NCBI GenBank assembly: GCA_038318455.1
Contig: JBBQCF010000001.1
Location: 1 to 53,411 of the forward strand
Direction of reading: 5' to 3'
DNA: 53,411 nucleotides
Source of the DNA: Candidatus Moraniibacteriota bacterium
GTDB lineage: Bacteria > Patescibacteriota > Minisyncoccia > Moranbacterales > GWC2-37-73
This document shows positions 51,571 through 53,411 of the stretch, in pieces (within the stretch, counting starts at the first letter, position 1; each line of letters opens with the position of its first letter). The notes under the pieces were generated by a model. The model worked only from the letters and a program-made list of their open reading frames with translations. It was not told where the DNA came from and did not search any database. The position numbers were made by a program, and so were the translations under genes.

Positions 51571-52740
51571 TTAATTTATTATAAAAGGAAACTCATTCAT
51601 AAGCTCTCCAGAATAATAAAATTCATATGCCAAAGAACCAAAACTATATTTCGCATCGCCAATAGCAATTTCACTTCCGCCAACTTTTGGATCAGCATTT
51701 GGTTTTGATTGAGGAAAGCCGACATTGAAAAGTGTTCCCACAATTTCAGGTCGATATTGAATGTCAAATCCAGCTTTTCTCCATTGCTCCATCATCTGTT
51801 TAAGATATAATCCGCCATATAAATAAGAATAAAAATAATCCCCTTCTGTTGTGAGGCGCCTATATCTTTCAGCTGTAACATCTTGCGAAGTAAAGTCGAG
51901 CGCATGTTCAAATTCTGGTCCCAAATAATATTCCGAATTTTGATCCTTGAGATTATTTTCAGTGGCAATAGCTGTTGCTTCCTTGATTCCCATCACGCCC
52001 AATGAAATTTTATTTGAATTTCCAAGAATTTTAAGTGGTTCAAAAAACTTTTTATACAATTCTCGTTGTGAATGAAAAAGCCTAAGCTGCTCAACAATTG
52101 CACTAGCCACAATCAATCTTGGTTCTACTTTTGCGATTTCAGCAGCTTTGTTAATCTTGTCCTTATCCTTAGCGATAGCTATTTTGATTGTCTGCCACTG
52201 CTCATCATTCATCCAAGGAAAAATATTATCTCCACTAGCATCGGCATATTTCTCAATCAAAGGATCGTATTCAGAAAATTGCTGCTTTCCCCAATTCTGA
52301 TCGCATTTTTTCAACTCACCATCTCGCCCTGCCTCACTAAGACGAACAGATGCAGCAAAAACCATTTTCCAAACAACTATTTCCGATTTTGTTTTTTCAA
52401 AAGCTGAAAGAATATTTTTCGCATTAACAGGAGAGTAATATCCAATAGCATCAACAGCGCAAATATTTTTCAATCGCATTTCTTTTTGTTTTGACAATTC
52501 AGTTATTTTCTCATCAAGAGTAACTGTAGAATTATTTTTGCTTTCCGAGTCAGAATCCACTTTTTTTTGAGATTCAACTCCCAGCACCATTTTTCCAAAA
52601 TCTTGACTGCGCGAATCAATAGCGCCTTTCACATCAGTAATATGAAATCTTATCGCAAAAAATCCACCAACCAAAACAACGCCAATGACAGCAAACAAAT
52701 GCAAGAAAAAATTGTAGGTGTATTTTAATGTTTTTTTCAT
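51571..52740 (-). CDS. Membrane-anchored protein, possibly a divergent lytic transglycosylase-like enzyme
   Basis: It has an N-terminal TM helix. Three spaced motifs weakly resemble the SLT signatures: AIVEQ (ES-like), SLGVMGI (GLMQ-like) and LFNVGF (AYNxG-like). ATG 52740 is preferred over TTG 52752. Confidence 0.55.
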   Translation of the reverse strand: MKKTLKYTYNFFLHLFAVIGVVLVGGFFAIRFHITDVKGAIDSRSQDFGKMVLGVESQKKVDSDSESKNNSTVTLDEKITELSKQKEMRLKNICAVDAIGYYSPVNAKNILSAFEKTKSEIVVWKMVFAASVRLSEAGRDGELKKCDQNWGKQQFSEYDPLIEKYADASGDNIFPWMNDEQWQTIKIAIAKDKDKINKAAEIAKVEPRLIVASAIVEQLRLFHSQRELYKKFFEPLKILGNSNKISLGVMGIKEATAIATENNLKDQNSEYYLGPEFEHALDFTSQDVTAERYRRLTTEGDYFYSYLYGGLYLKQMMEQWRKAGFDIQYRPEIVGTLFNVGFPQSKPNADPKVGGSEIAIGDAKYSFGSLAYEFYYSGELMNEFPFIIN

Positions 52741-52904
52741 TATCCAAGACAAGCTATTATCTTTTTATTTTTCTATGTTTTAATTATATCACACTTAGAT
52801 AAATAATTACTACGAAATGCATTCCACAAAAAAAACGAGGTCTCCCTCATTTTTTTTGATTAATTAAGTTGATAAGTGTTACTTAAGTTAATTTTAACTT
52901 CTTC

Positions 52905-53411
52905 CTATGGTGCCACTTCTCGCCAACTACCAGGAGCATATACTGAACAAGGTGGGCAAGTGTTGGTACTATTCGTGCATGAAGGTCCACAGTCAGCTTG
53001 CGACAATACAACGCTTTCATTATTGCAGTCCTTTAGTCCAGTACAGGTAGCTATAATTGATTCTGATTTTCCACAATTACTCACCTCTAAACAATCAAGA
53101 GTGCTGCTACTAAAACTACAACCTGCTGGGGTATATGTGACTGGTATAGTCCCTGTTTCAGTACGAGTCCTCATACAATCACTTGTTTGAGTGAAAGTTA
53201 AATCTGCGCATTTAGTTGAAGGTAACGGAGTCCAGGAGGAATCGATGCAACATACTCCAGTAGTGTTAGTTCCATTTACGATTGTTATTCCATTGTCACA
53301 TGTCTCATCTGTGCAAATGCTAGCAGCGCAACCATTGTCAACAGCTGGGCCAGGACAAGACACGTGCTGCGTGATACCGTTATATGCCCATTCATCCATG
53401 CATGATACCAT
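52905..53411 (-). CDS. C-terminal part of a Cys-rich (probably secreted) protein; the N-terminus is likely beyond the right window edge
   Basis: The frame is open to the last base of the window. There are 26 Cys in 168 aa and no signal peptide at the edge Met. Confidence 0.6.
   Translation of the reverse strand: MVSCMDEWAYNGITQHVSCPGPAVDNGCAASICTDETCDNGITIVNGTNTTGVCCIDSSWTPLPSTKCADLTFTQTSDCMRTRTETGTIPVTYTPAGCSFSSSTLDCLEVSNCGKSESIIATCTGLKDCNNESVVLSQADCGPSCTNSTNTCPPCSVYAPGSWREVAP

Noticed and set aside
1-53411. Possible alternative genetic code (UGA or UAG reassignment), as seen in some candidate phyla.
   Set aside because: All conserved genes (dnaK, secA, alaS, pheT, dnaB and others) give full-length products with standard stops (TAA, TAG and TGA all used as terminators), and I saw no in-frame stops.

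Overview
This is a 53.4-kb low-GC bacterial window that reads cleanly in the standard code (11). Several traits suggest a reduced-genome Patescibacteria/CPR-type organism, which is inference only. These traits are an AlaRS that ends after the editing domain, a sigma-region-4 + HARE-HTH fusion protein, an orphan TraD-like ATPase pair, many small ORFans, and compact near-consensus sigma-70 promoters. The backbone genes are dnaJ, hrcA-grpE-dnaK, yidD, a corA-like gene, cysS, dnaB, recR, rplU, alaS, mnmA, a GIY-YIG gene, a PIF1-like helicase, pheS-pheT, tyrS, a GGDEF cyclase, secD-secF, a Nudix gene and secA. I found no rRNA, tRNA, CRISPR array, transposase, integrase or reverse transcriptase. The main hunt results are: (1) Four tandem paralogous secreted jelly-roll proteins (22.7-27.4 kb) share a dockerin-like C-terminal module, and gene-end stubs sit at both edges of the array. 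(2) A surface protein of more than 1050 aa (1-3161, minus strand) is built from repeats and from near-identical internal DNA repeats; it is absent from the ORF track because its stop lies off-window. (3) A ~110-nt three-stem element occurs in two copies, in the dnaJ and secA leaders, with compensatory base changes between the copies. (4) The classical hrcA-grpE-dnaK-dnaJ operon is split by a 4.4-kb ORFan island, and each half keeps its own CIRCE operator. (5) SecD carries a parvulin-like domain in place of its periplasmic head. (6) An orphan TraD/VirD4-like ATPase with a CxxC-x17-CxxC zinc-ribbon tail is paired with a membrane protein, inside a DNA-processing neighbourhood. Function calls for ORFans are weak. 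All coordinates of small RNA/regulatory features were hand-derived and may be off by a few nt.
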